From: a virus | Virus record (IMG/VR): IMGVR_UViG_3300011113_000238 | Span: 20,111-84,110 of that record | DNA length: 64,000 nucleotides | Direction: 5' to 3' (one strand) | Part shown: positions 55,541-64,000 of the stretch, one piece after another | How the letters are laid out: each line of letters begins with the position of its first letter | Numbering within the stretch: position 1 is the first letter of the stretch | Notes under the pieces: generated by a model | Database searches by the model: none | What the model was told of the DNA's origin: nothing | The model's input: the letters and a program-made list of their open reading frames with translations, nothing else | Position numbers and translations under genes: made by a program

Positions 55541-55873
55541 ATGACAACCGAAAAGAAACCTCATAAACATGCTGATATTCTCCGCGCTATTGCGGATGGA
55601 GATGTTGTGCAGTTCAGCGAGTACAATGACGACACATGGGTTGATCGGCAGGATGATTCCAATGCTCCTGACCCAATTACGCATGATTTTTACGAATGGC
55701 GAATCAAACCAGAGGTGAAACCTGATATTGTGCGATATGCTATTATGCAAGTTACTGATTTTGGTAGTGGTATTGCTTGCTCAGGGCGTTACAACTCAGA
55801 TGATGAGCAAGTCAACATGAAACTTGCATTCGACTATGAAACAGGTAAACTAAAATCAGCGGAGGTAATCTAA
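55541..55873 (+). CDS. hypothetical protein (paralog of 39937-40245)
   Basis: KPHKHADILRAIADG...WRIKPE...FDYETGKLKSAEV. Confidence 0.7.
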   Translation: MTTEKKPHKHADILRAIADGDVVQFSEYNDDTWVDRQDDSNAPDPITHDFYEWRIKPEVKPDIVRYAIMQVTDFGSGIACSGRYNSDDEQVNMKLAFDYETGKLKSAEVI

Positions 55874-55875
55874 TC

Positions 55876-56103
55876 ATGCAAACTATCACTGTACTCATCG
55901 TTATCGCTACGTTTCTACTGCTGTACTTTCTCCCTGCTGGTATTGCGTATTGCCGTAACCATAGGAACTTTGCAGCTATCCTTGGGTTGAATGCTCTAGG
56001 TGGTTGGACTGGTCTTGGTTGGTTGGTAGCGTTTGTTTGGGCGCTTACTGCTAATGTGAAGGTTGTTTCAAATAATTCCGAGAGGTTTTCGGAAAGTTCC
56101 TAA
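55876..56103 (+). CDS. imm: superinfection immunity protein (T4 Imm-like)
   Basis: YFLPAGIAYCRNH...LNALGGWTGLGWLVAFVWA. Confidence 0.85.
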   Translation: MQTITVLIVIATFLLLYFLPAGIAYCRNHRNFAAILGLNALGGWTGLGWLVAFVWALTANVKVVSNNSERFSESS

Positions 56104-56182
56104 ATCTTGGTGTATACTTCAAGTCAGCGTCAAGGATGTTGACGCTTCTCAGTCATCGTCAACTACTAATCAAAGGTTCAAC

Positions 56183-56617
56183 ATGAAAGTCCAAGCAAGC
56201 TACACAGGTGTTACCTCTCATTCTTCCGGCATCATTGAACAAAATGATTGCACTGTGCGCAGTCTAGCTAACGCTACAGGTATGGATTACGCAGATGCTC
56301 ACGCTCTGCTGAAGAAGCACGGACGTAAGGATCGTCGTGGTGCTAAGTATCGTACATTCGTCAATGCTTATGCTGAAGCTGGTTTTGAGGTAGTCTCTGT
56401 GCATGGTACCACTCGTTCAGCTAAGGTTGCCGAGCGCATTGCTGAAGTTGAAGCAAGTAAAGGGATTACGCTGAAGAATATCATGCTGAAGTTGCAACAT
56501 GGTGTGTACATCATAAATACGACAGGTCATGCACTGGCTGTAGTTCACGGTAAGGTGATTGATACCTTTAGTAGCCCCGCAGGTAAGAGTGTGGTGATGG
56601 TTTTTAAGAAGAAATAA
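56183..56617 (+). CDS. conserved phage protein (possible cysteine-peptidase-like fold)
   Basis: DCTVRSLA...GHALAVVHGKVID. Confidence 0.6.
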   Translation: MKVQASYTGVTSHSSGIIEQNDCTVRSLANATGMDYADAHALLKKHGRKDRRGAKYRTFVNAYAEAGFEVVSVHGTTRSAKVAERIAEVEASKGITLKNIMLKLQHGVYIINTTGHALAVVHGKVIDTFSSPAGKSVVMVFKKK

Positions 56618-56689
56618 TTTTAGAGCAATCTCGGAAATCTTCAGAAATTCTGCTACAATAGCATCATCTTAACCAAACAGGAACATAAA

Positions 56690-57121
56690 ATGACAACTAC
56701 ACAAGTTACAGTTATTGAAACTCTCTTTCCTTACACCAACGAAATGTTGCAATCGCATCTTATTAGTGGTAAGCGAACAGAAGGTCTTGACCTTAACTAT
56801 GTATCTCGCGCATGTGCTAAAGGTATTCGTTGCGCTGATGGTTTTACCGTTTCACTGCAGGCAAGTCAGTACCATTATTGCTATCCTCGTGAAATTGATT
56901 GTGACGAATACTACGAGATCGAAATTGGATTCCCTTCTGAAGCGGAAGAACTCTGGATGGAATACGCAGAGAACAAAGATGAGCCCACTGATACTGTTTA
57001 TGGTTATGTTCCGGTTGAGCTTGTTCTTGAAGTTCTGAATAAGCATGGTGGTGTGGTTGTTTCTGAAATTAGCAATGGTACTTCTGAAAGCAGCACCAAC
57101 GGTGTCGGCGCTTTTGAATAA
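56690..57121 (+). CDS. hypothetical protein
   Basis: CADGFTVSLQAS...HYCYPR...VYGYVPV...KHGG. Confidence 0.7.
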   Translation: MTTTQVTVIETLFPYTNEMLQSHLISGKRTEGLDLNYVSRACAKGIRCADGFTVSLQASQYHYCYPREIDCDEYYEIEIGFPSEAEELWMEYAENKDEPTDTVYGYVPVELVLEVLNKHGGVVVSEISNGTSESSTNGVGAFE

Positions 57122-57194
57122 TTTTAGAGCAACTTCTGAAATAACTCAAAATCTGCAGTATAATCAAGTTCTAATTAATTCATAGGAATCCAAA

Positions 57195-58112
57195 ATGACC
57201 TTCCGTAAATCCTTGATCTTCTCTCGCAATATTGACAACACAGCTTTGAGCAAAGAGCGCATTGAGCAGTTGGCACCTGCAGTATTCAGCGCAAGTAAGG
57301 CAGAGCATTTGACTGATCGCTACGTCAGCTTGCATACATCCGATCTGATTCCAGTAATGCGTGATTACGGCTATGTTCCTGTTCAGGCTGCACAACGTGC
57401 GTCACGTAAACCTAAAAATTCTCAGGTAATTTCAGGAATTTCTCAAAAATCCTCGGAAGGTTCTGGATATGCTGTGGAATCTTTCAACGCTCATCTGCTG
57501 AGTTTTGCTTGTACTTCTACGCTCAATCAGGACTTGCGACCTGAGATTATCCTGTACAATTCGCACGATGGTAGTTCCTCCGTTCAACTGTACGCTGGTT
57601 GCTATCGTTTCATTTGCAGCAACGGTATCGTAGCTGGTGAAGGTTTCAATCAGCGCATGCTGCACAGCAAGTCAGGCTTGCAAGGCTTTGAGGAAATGCT
57701 CAAGAATACCGTAGAGAGCTTACCCGAAGTTCAAGCGCGTATTCAGCGCCTGAAGCAAGTGCAGTTGGATGCCGAGCAGCAATACTTGCTTGCAACCAAA
57801 GGAGTGAGCACTCGTTGGGATTTGTTGCCGGTTAGTCAAGAGTACAAGGAGTTCACAGGTACATTTGCTGATAGTCGCACAGTGCAAAACGCGCTACGCA
57901 GTATTCGTTACGAGGATATGCAGAATGATGCCTTTACAGTGTTTAATCGCATCCAAGAGGCTGTAATCCGTGGTAACGCATACGTGCAGAGCTTTACTAA
58001 GGTTAATCCGTATGGAGCACCGCGCAAGGCTCGTGCGGTGGGTTCAGCTAAGGAAAGTATTCGGATTAATACTGAATTGTGGAATGCTGCGGAGGAAGTT
58101 GCTTTCGGTTAG
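57195..58112 (+). CDS. DUF932-family protein
   Basis: LYNSHDGSSS...YRFICSNG...VFNRIQE. Confidence 0.85.
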   Translation: MTFRKSLIFSRNIDNTALSKERIEQLAPAVFSASKAEHLTDRYVSLHTSDLIPVMRDYGYVPVQAAQRASRKPKNSQVISGISQKSSEGSGYAVESFNAHLLSFACTSTLNQDLRPEIILYNSHDGSSSVQLYAGCYRFICSNGIVAGEGFNQRMLHSKSGLQGFEEMLKNTVESLPEVQARIQRLKQVQLDAEQQYLLATKGVSTRWDLLPVSQEYKEFTGTFADSRTVQNALRSIRYEDMQNDAFTVFNRIQEAVIRGNAYVQSFTKVNPYGAPRKARAVGSAKESIRINTELWNAAEEVAFG

Positions 58113-58120
58113 GTAGGATA

Positions 58121-58157
58121 GGGCTGAGGTCGAAAGCCCTTGGCTCTTTTTCTTTTT
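58121..58157 (+). terminator. intrinsic terminator
   Basis: GGGCTGAGG...CCTTGGCTC + TTTTTCTTTTT. Confidence 0.7.
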
Positions 58158-58457
58158 GGTTGCTGAAGATTAAAAACCCATAGTGAAAGTTGATTAAAAA
58201 ACCCTTTGGCTATCTGAGAATGCAGAAGTGCGGTATAATGCAGGTTGATCTGGTGGTGTAGAGGTGGTGATAATGAGTGAATGGTCGGGAAATAGCAGAA
58301 TTCCATAGCGTGAAACGGCTTTCCGGTGGATGGAATAGAGAATGCGGATTTTCCATAGTGCAATAAATCATCAGCAAGGCACCTATGTGGGTCATGGCGC
58401 GATTTTATATACCCCAAGCCACCACCGTATCAGAAAAAGTTATCCCGTCTGTGATCG

Positions 58458-58510
58458 AAGTTATGCACAGAATTGACTCTTATATAAGACTGATAACGTG
58501 TGGATAACTT
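58458..58510. promoter_or_regulatory. inverted DnaA-box pair around a TCTTATATAAGA palindrome
   Basis: TTATGCACA at 58461-58469 and TGTGGATAA at 58499-58507. Confidence 0.6.
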
Positions 58511-58795
58511 TATTAACCCTTCAATTGCGTCAGGTATTGATTTATGATAGTAGGAATGACTCAAGGATTAACCCCTCGATTGACTAGGGTATTATTTTAT
58601 GCTATTTGCGCAAGCGTATACGCGCGCTTTCTATGTCAGCAAGGAAAGCAGAGAAGCACTGTATAAATAAACATTAGGGTTTGTCCTATGCGAGAAAATG
58701 CAAAATAATTCGTTTGTTGTAACGGAACAACACATTTAGGACTTATAATCTCTACATACCAAGCGATAATGCAAGGTAACAACCGAAAGCAAACC

Positions 58796-59029
58796 ATGTA
58801 CGATACAGAAGTTAAAGTTTGGAGCAACTACGGCAACACTCCGATCACAAAGCGCGGACAATCCTATTGTGATGAATTAGTATCGACTACTATCCAATGC
58901 GCAACACCTGAAGAAGCCCGCAAAGCTGCGCAGGAAATGGTGCGGAATACTGCGCACGGATACAGTGGCTGGTTTCACATGCCAGCGCATCCCAATCAAA
59001 ATATGCGCGGTGGCTTTGTGCATAAATAA
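58796..59029 (+). CDS. hypothetical protein
   Basis: Upstream TATAAT; ORF. Confidence 0.55.
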   Translation: MYDTEVKVWSNYGNTPITKRGQSYCDELVSTTIQCATPEEARKAAQEMVRNTAHGYSGWFHMPAHPNQNMRGGFVHK

Positions 59030-59108
59030 ATAATCGAATTATCCCCTAGGGTACAAATTCTAGGGTGTATAATCAAGGCTTAATCAATCACTTCCTACGG
59101 ACTTCAAT

Positions 59109-59342
59109 ATGACAATCGTAAATCTCGCGGTTTATAACGCACTCCGCGCTATTGGTTACAGCCCCGAAAAAAATAAAGCGTTTCAGGAAGCATGGGACGC
59201 AACCAACGCCCGTTATATTGCCAGCACTAAATGGGCAATTGCCGAAACATTCAAGCGCCGACACGAATCCAAGGCAGTTAGAAATGCTTGCCGTGAAAAT
59301 ATCGCTTTCTATCGCAAGTGCCAAAAACTAGGTAAGATTTAA
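59109..59342 (+). CDS. hypothetical protein
   Basis: Upstream TATAAT; ORF. Confidence 0.55.
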   Translation: MTIVNLAVYNALRAIGYSPEKNKAFQEAWDATNARYIASTKWAIAETFKRRHESKAVRNACRENIAFYRKCQKLGKI

Positions 59343-59405
59343 ACAACCCAACACGCACCGCCAAAGCATAGGCACCAACCCTTTAAAGATAACCGAGCAT
59401 CCACA

Positions 59406-60113
59406 ATGAGCACTTCACAACGTAACTCTGTAGCAGTAGCATTCAACCGCACAAGCAGCAACGCAAAAACCGGCCCAATACCCGTAACTACTACCGGCCA
59501 ACAATCATGCCCCGAAGTATGCCCGCTCAAGGGCTCAGGATGCTATGCCGAAACCGGCCCGATTAGCTGGCATTGGAAGAAGGTAACAAACGGCATCAAG
59601 GGTGTTAGTTATGATGCTATGCTCGATGAAGTCAGCCGCTTACCGAAGGGTCAATTGTGGCGACATAATGCAGCGGGTGACCTCATCCATAACAATGAAA
59701 CAATCGACGGTGCAGCACTGATTGACCTAGTGAGGGCCAACAAGAAAAGCAAGGCTAAAGGGTTTACTTATACACATCACGACATGACCGGCGCGTCAAA
59801 CCGCGAATACGTGCAATATGCAAACGATAACGGGTTTACCGTTAATCTCAGCGCTAATAGCATCGAGCATGCCGACGAACTGAAAGCCCTTAATATCGGC
59901 CCAGTCGTAACCATCATGCCGATTGATTGCGACAAAGTAACCCAGACACCTGCAGGGAATACTATCGTGCAATGCCCCGCTACATACTCGGATATTACTT
60001 GTGCTCAATGCGGTATCTGTCAGGTGGCTACACGTAAAGCAATTATAGGTTTTCCCGTGCACGGAGCACGGAAAGCAAGTGCACATAAGGTATTCATGAT
60101 GCAGAAGGGGTAA
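59406..60113 (+). CDS. Cys-rich conserved phage protein (gp88-like)
   Basis: SNAKTG...CPEVCPL...GCYA...WRHNAAGD...YTH...CPA...CAQCGIC...FPVHG. Confidence 0.7.
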   Translation: MSTSQRNSVAVAFNRTSSNAKTGPIPVTTTGQQSCPEVCPLKGSGCYAETGPISWHWKKVTNGIKGVSYDAMLDEVSRLPKGQLWRHNAAGDLIHNNETIDGAALIDLVRANKKSKAKGFTYTHHDMTGASNREYVQYANDNGFTVNLSANSIEHADELKALNIGPVVTIMPIDCDKVTQTPAGNTIVQCPATYSDITCAQCGICQVATRKAIIGFPVHGARKASAHKVFMMQKG

Positions 60114-60302
60114 GCACATGAAGCCCTTACTGTTAGTCCTATTCGCTCCGCTTATGTTTTATGCGGTTATTTATGGCATCTGTTTTGCGCTTATGCTTTG
60201 TAGCTTTGTTGCGAGTAAGAGCCGCCGATGGTATCAGCGCTTTAAGGTACGGACTACCGCCCAAGGTATCGCCCAGTAACCCCAAGGTATAACAGCAGTA
60301 TC

Positions 60303-60330
60303 AGCCCTCGATTAACCCCGAGGGCTTTTG
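60303..60330 (+). terminator. intrinsic terminator
   Basis: AGCCCTCG...CGAGGGCT-TTTG. Confidence 0.7.
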
Positions 60331-61251
60331 TGTTTGTAGCGCTGGGTTTAGTGCTGGGTTACCATGTGTTAATACTTCGGTTTATGCGAATGATACAACG
60401 TGAATGCTTCGGTATTGTCGTAGTATAGCGGTAAGTGATTATGTGCTTTATCGTGCATAATCCATGCGGTTTAATGCACATTAACATCGTTTTGGTTAAC
60501 AATCAAAAATGGCCTATGGTACAGCGCAGAAAATAAACACGCGCAACTCATAGTATAAACACCCATTACCCTACCCGCTACACCAGCAGGTCAACCCCCG
60601 CTATACACCCATTACACCCAGCTACAAGGCCAGATACAGCCCCAGATCAACGCCCGATCCACCACCCAGACCAACGAAGGAGACACCGAAGAGAGCTAAC
60701 GAAGGCAATGAACAGCGCTATAACATGCGATCGTACCGCGAGTGATGACCCATGAATGACCGGATGGAATAACCCCTAGTGATATTTTAGGATTGTATCG
60801 GGAGTAGCAACGGGGGTGGGTGGGTCTATCAAGCAACCCAGCCAATCTGCTATCAATTTTGAGTGCAACACCCGATCTACTTGCGTTAAATCAAAATTAT
60901 CCGATCAATGCAGCATCAAATAAACTATCAATTAAAAGCACTCATAGAAAACAGCAATTGCAAGTCAGTTGCATTAGTTAAACAAATATCTGTTGCTTTT
61001 GCACAACACTAAGTGCACTAAGATATTTTCCGCATATAAAAGCGCACAATTAAGCCCAATTGAAGCTCCCGATTTTACAAAAATAAGTAACTTTCGCACA
61101 ATGAAGGGTCAACGAAGGTACTGAATGAAGGTTGCACCGAAGGATATTTGACCTGAAGCTGGTATGTGCCCGTTACTACAGCAATGTCTGCAATCTCAGT
61201 CCTTATAATAGCTAGTGACTGCCATTACGGACATTGCAACATAAGTACAGA

Positions 61252-61288
61252 CGAAAGAAAAGACCCGAGAGCTTTCGCCCAAGGGTCT
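61252..61288 (-). terminator. intrinsic terminator
   Basis: AGACCC/GGGTCT stem followed by TTTCTTT on the minus strand. Confidence 0.6.
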
Positions 61289-61306
61289 AGTTAGTTAACT
61301 TAAATT

Positions 61307-62113
61307 TTACTTAGGTTGCTTAGGCTTCCCAGCCTTTCTTGCTTTAGGTACTTCCTCAACCGGAGCTAGAACAGGAAAGTCAGGAACCTTGTTACTCAGG
61401 ATACTCCATTCGTCCTCTTCCTCCGAGGTAACTTCCGGTGATACTTCAGCTTCATCCTCGGAGTTTAGGATACTGTACTTATGCTCCAACCTGCGATTGA
61501 TCTCCGAAGCATCAAGCCACAATTCCAACCCGTTAATGCACTGCTGGATCTCTTCCTCAGTCAAGAAGTGCTTGTATGTATCTCTGAACAGCTTCTCGCA
61601 TACTTCATCCGTGTGCTTTACGTGCGAACGAATATCGGCAGCTTTACCTACCGATCCGTAACTGACGTAGTGACAGAGCATAGTAGCGTAAGGCGACACC
61701 TGAACAGAATCGCAGTTCAGTGCAAGCATACTACCTGCTGAGTGACACCATCCTTCAATGCAAGCGATACTGATAGCTTCTGTACTGTCTTTAGCAGCTA
61801 GGAGTGCAGTAAGACCTTGCAGATCACCACCGGGTGTATTGATCATAAATCGAATTACATCACCCTCACCGAGAGAACCGATAGCTTGCACCACTTGCCG
61901 GTAGTACTGAGGTTCCTGCACAGGTTCGTCAATAGGAACTGTAAGGCATGTACTTACTTGCTGAGATGTAAAGTACCCCAGTTGCTTACTACCGAACATC
62001 TTACCGTCTTCTTCATCGGAGTTAGCTTTGAACTTGCTCATATTAGGAGTACTCCGACCATGCTGTACGGTAGTGCATTGATATTTACTTGCTGGATATT
62101 TTACTTTGGTCAT
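61307..62113 (-). CDS. ClpP-like protease
   Basis: INTPGGD...CHSAGS...TMLCH...ELWL. Confidence 0.85.
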   Translation of the reverse strand: MTKVKYPASKYQCTTVQHGRSTPNMSKFKANSDEEDGKMFGSKQLGYFTSQQVSTCLTVPIDEPVQEPQYYRQVVQAIGSLGEGDVIRFMINTPGGDLQGLTALLAAKDSTEAISIACIEGWCHSAGSMLALNCDSVQVSPYATMLCHYVSYGSVGKAADIRSHVKHTDEVCEKLFRDTYKHFLTEEEIQQCINGLELWLDASEINRRLEHKYSILNSEDEAEVSPEVTSEEEDEWSILSNKVPDFPVLAPVEEVPKARKAGKPKQPK

Positions 62114-62122
62114 GTTTCTCCT

Positions 62123-62884
62123 TTAGTTCATGTATGCTGTTAGGACTGTCTTAACAAAATCACTTCGTTGTACATCATCAATCGTAAAGCTATGGTGAGC
62201 AATATCCCTGAATCTACTTTCATACGTGCCATCAACGTCCTTGATAAAGAATCGCTGCAGTACATCACTCAATCCGTTACGACCGGCTTCATTACTGTAG
62301 CGCTGCGTAGGATCACCCAAGATTACAACCTTGCTATTAATCCCGATACGCTCCAAGATCAGCTTCATAATCAGCGGAGGTAGCTCTTGACATTCATCCA
62401 CAAGCAACAGTGTGTTATCCAATGTACTACCAAGCAGGTAGTTAGGAATCTTGAAGTGCAACCTGTGTTCAAGGTCTGTTTCAACTTTACCTTTATTGAG
62501 TAGCTTAGTCAGGAGTAACTTGCTGCTGGCGAAGTGCGGTTCGATCTTCTCGGACAAGGAGTTAGGCAGGAAACCAACCTTATCTGCACCTACTTCTACT
62601 GGTGTGCGAACTACTGTAATATTCAGCGAAGGATCACGCAGGTACATCTGAACAAACGTATGCAGAACTGTCAGTGATTTTCCGGTACCGGCTGGGGCCG
62701 AGCACACAACCATGTCATTAGCGATAATCTTATTTGCGAATTCCTGCTGTGATTCAGTAAGCTGGAACTGCTTGTAACCCATATAGTCATTAAATTTACT
62801 TACTTTGGCTTCAGTCATCCGAGGATTGAAGTCCTGTTGTACTCGCTCTTTATTGGAACGGACTTGACGTTTGGGTTGTTTCAT
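62123..62884 (-). CDS. phoH: PhoH-like ATPase
   Basis: APAGTGKS, VGFLP, LVDECQ, ERIG...LGDPTQ, DVQRS. Confidence 0.9.
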   Translation of the reverse strand: MKQPKRQVRSNKERVQQDFNPRMTEAKVSKFNDYMGYKQFQLTESQQEFANKIIANDMVVCSAPAGTGKSLTVLHTFVQMYLRDPSLNITVVRTPVEVGADKVGFLPNSLSEKIEPHFASSKLLLTKLLNKGKVETDLEHRLHFKIPNYLLGSTLDNTLLLVDECQELPPLIMKLILERIGINSKVVILGDPTQRYSNEAGRNGLSDVLQRFFIKDVDGTYESRFRDIAHHSFTIDDVQRSDFVKTVLTAYMN

Positions 62885-62955
62885 AATTCTCCTATCTTGT
62901 TAACTACAGAGTAGCTACCTATAACCTAAGTAGCTACCTTCCTTATCTGACCGGT

Positions 62956-63228
62956 TTAAACCTTCTTGGGACGTCCTTTGGTTGCTGTAGGTACTTGCCC
63001 TTCAGTTGAACCTTCAGGAGCTGCTACAGGCTGTTCTAGTGCTTTTACAGCTTGTTCCTTTTCTAGTACCATAGTGCATGTAAAGAACGATCCGAAACTG
63101 GTAGGGAAATGAGCGTTACTTACGAAGTCAAAGCGGTAACCTTCTGAGAACAACTTCTGAACTGCTTCGCTGTATTCAGCTAGGTTGTAGGATTGAACTT
63201 GTACTGTATCTGGTTTATTCTCTTGCAT
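62956..63228 (-). CDS. hypothetical protein
   Basis: AAGGA RBS, upstream TGCTATAAT. Confidence 0.65.
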   Translation of the reverse strand: MQENKPDTVQVQSYNLAEYSEAVQKLFSEGYRFDFVSNAHFPTSFGSFFTCTMVLEKEQAVKALEQPVAAPEGSTEGQVPTATKGRPKKV

Positions 63229-63345
63229 AGGTTCCTTTCAGGATGTTGAACATAAGTGTATTATAGCACAGATTGAGCACCTAATCAAGACGATCGTGTA
63301 TTTCTTTCTATCTGCACATAGCACTCGTTACCTGATGTAATGCAC

Positions 63346-63374
63346 TTGACTTCACTGTCAGATCGTGCTATAAT
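63346..63374 (+). promoter_or_regulatory. strong sigma70-type promoter
   Basis: TTGACT-17 nt-TATAAT with extended TG. Confidence 0.75.
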
Positions 63375-63376
63375 TT

Positions 63377-63800
63377 GAGTACAGGTAAAGATAAGTCCAG
63401 CGCATTGATGTAGTTCAGTGCTTTACAGGTGGTTCATAACTCTCCACTGACTTCCGCGAAAACCAACTCCCGCTGTGATAGCTTTGAGTCAATGGTTAGC
63501 AATCTAGGAGTGCTAATTCTCCAATAGCCCTGACGTAACAGTTTCTTCGGTAACCTCTGCATGACAGGATTGTGCATAGACCCTTAGATCGGTGAAGCGT
63601 TAAAAGGTACAGCTTTAATAAGTAGCTTAACAGCACCATTAGAGCAGTATTGAATTCACCGTAAGCGAACACATCTATCATCTCCTTGTCTCAACACAGC
63701 AAGGTCATAGAGTACGCCGTACTGCTGCTTTCGGTTGTAGCATAGAAGCACATAGCTTTGTTGACGCTGCACCCTAAAAGCAGTATTACGTCTGTACTTT
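63377..63800 (+). ncRNA. candidate ~420-nt structured ncRNA
   Basis: ORF-free stretch after a strong promoter; complementary ends; many internal hairpins. Confidence 0.4.
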
Positions 63801-64000
63801 ACGTTTAACTTAGATTAATGCAGGTTGTTATGGCAGCTACTAGAGTTATGAGGTTATTAATACTTAAAACTAAGACATTAACTAATACTTAAGTTAAACT
63901 GAAGTTATTACTAAGGATGTACTTAAGGTATTACCTTATGGTTCATTGTATGTTTACTTTACGTAGTACGGTTTACTATACGTTGTAACATAAGTTATTA

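Noticed and set aside
58109-58417. Minus-strand ORFs 58109-58417 and 58210-58395
   Set aside because: No RBS or motif, and the longer one overlaps a terminator; unsupported
63496-63681. 61-aa minus-strand ORF
   Set aside because: It has an AAGGAG-like RBS, so it is not fully excluded, but it has no motif and lies antisense to a strong promoter in a structured region; not called

Overview
The window is about 64 kb of a lytic-looking siphovirus-type tailed phage genome. No integrase or repressor is visible, and the head and terminase genes lie outside the window. The + strand from 1 to 18.9 kb carries the tail module (terminator, tail tube, assembly chaperones, tape measure, Dit, NlpC/P60-fused central tail protein, collar-type fibre) and the lysis genes (membrane proteins, M15A endolysin). 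The - strand from 19 to 42.5 kb carries nucleotide and replication genes: thioredoxin, intein-containing NrdA, NrdB, dNTP hydrolases, exonucleases, Endo VII, SSB, a family-B polymerase, a T7-type primase-helicase and two nucleotidyltransferases. A repeat-rich divergent gap at 42.5-43 kb is followed by about 17 kb of small early genes on the + strand (ThyX, HU, SleB, Imm, DUF932 and others), a possible terminal region, and ClpP-like and PhoH genes. Six homing-endonuclease-type elements are present. The most striking unexplained feature is a roughly 0.8 kb ORF-free array at 30434-31242, between tRNA-Arg(UCU) and a nucleotidyltransferase gene. It holds six tandem stem-closed RNA cassettes. All eight non-Watson-Crick positions in its four long stems are G-U pairs on the minus strand, and two cassettes carry tRNA-like T-arms, one of them circularly permuted. 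Other notable signals: a homing endonuclease that appears to have supplied a replacement 3' end to the gene it invaded, a predicted +1 tail-chaperone frameshift, RBS-sequestering leaders, a Gln-terminated intein, a DnaA-box dyad, and a candidate ~420-nt ncRNA at the right end. All family assignments come from motif recognition by eye; no searches were run.
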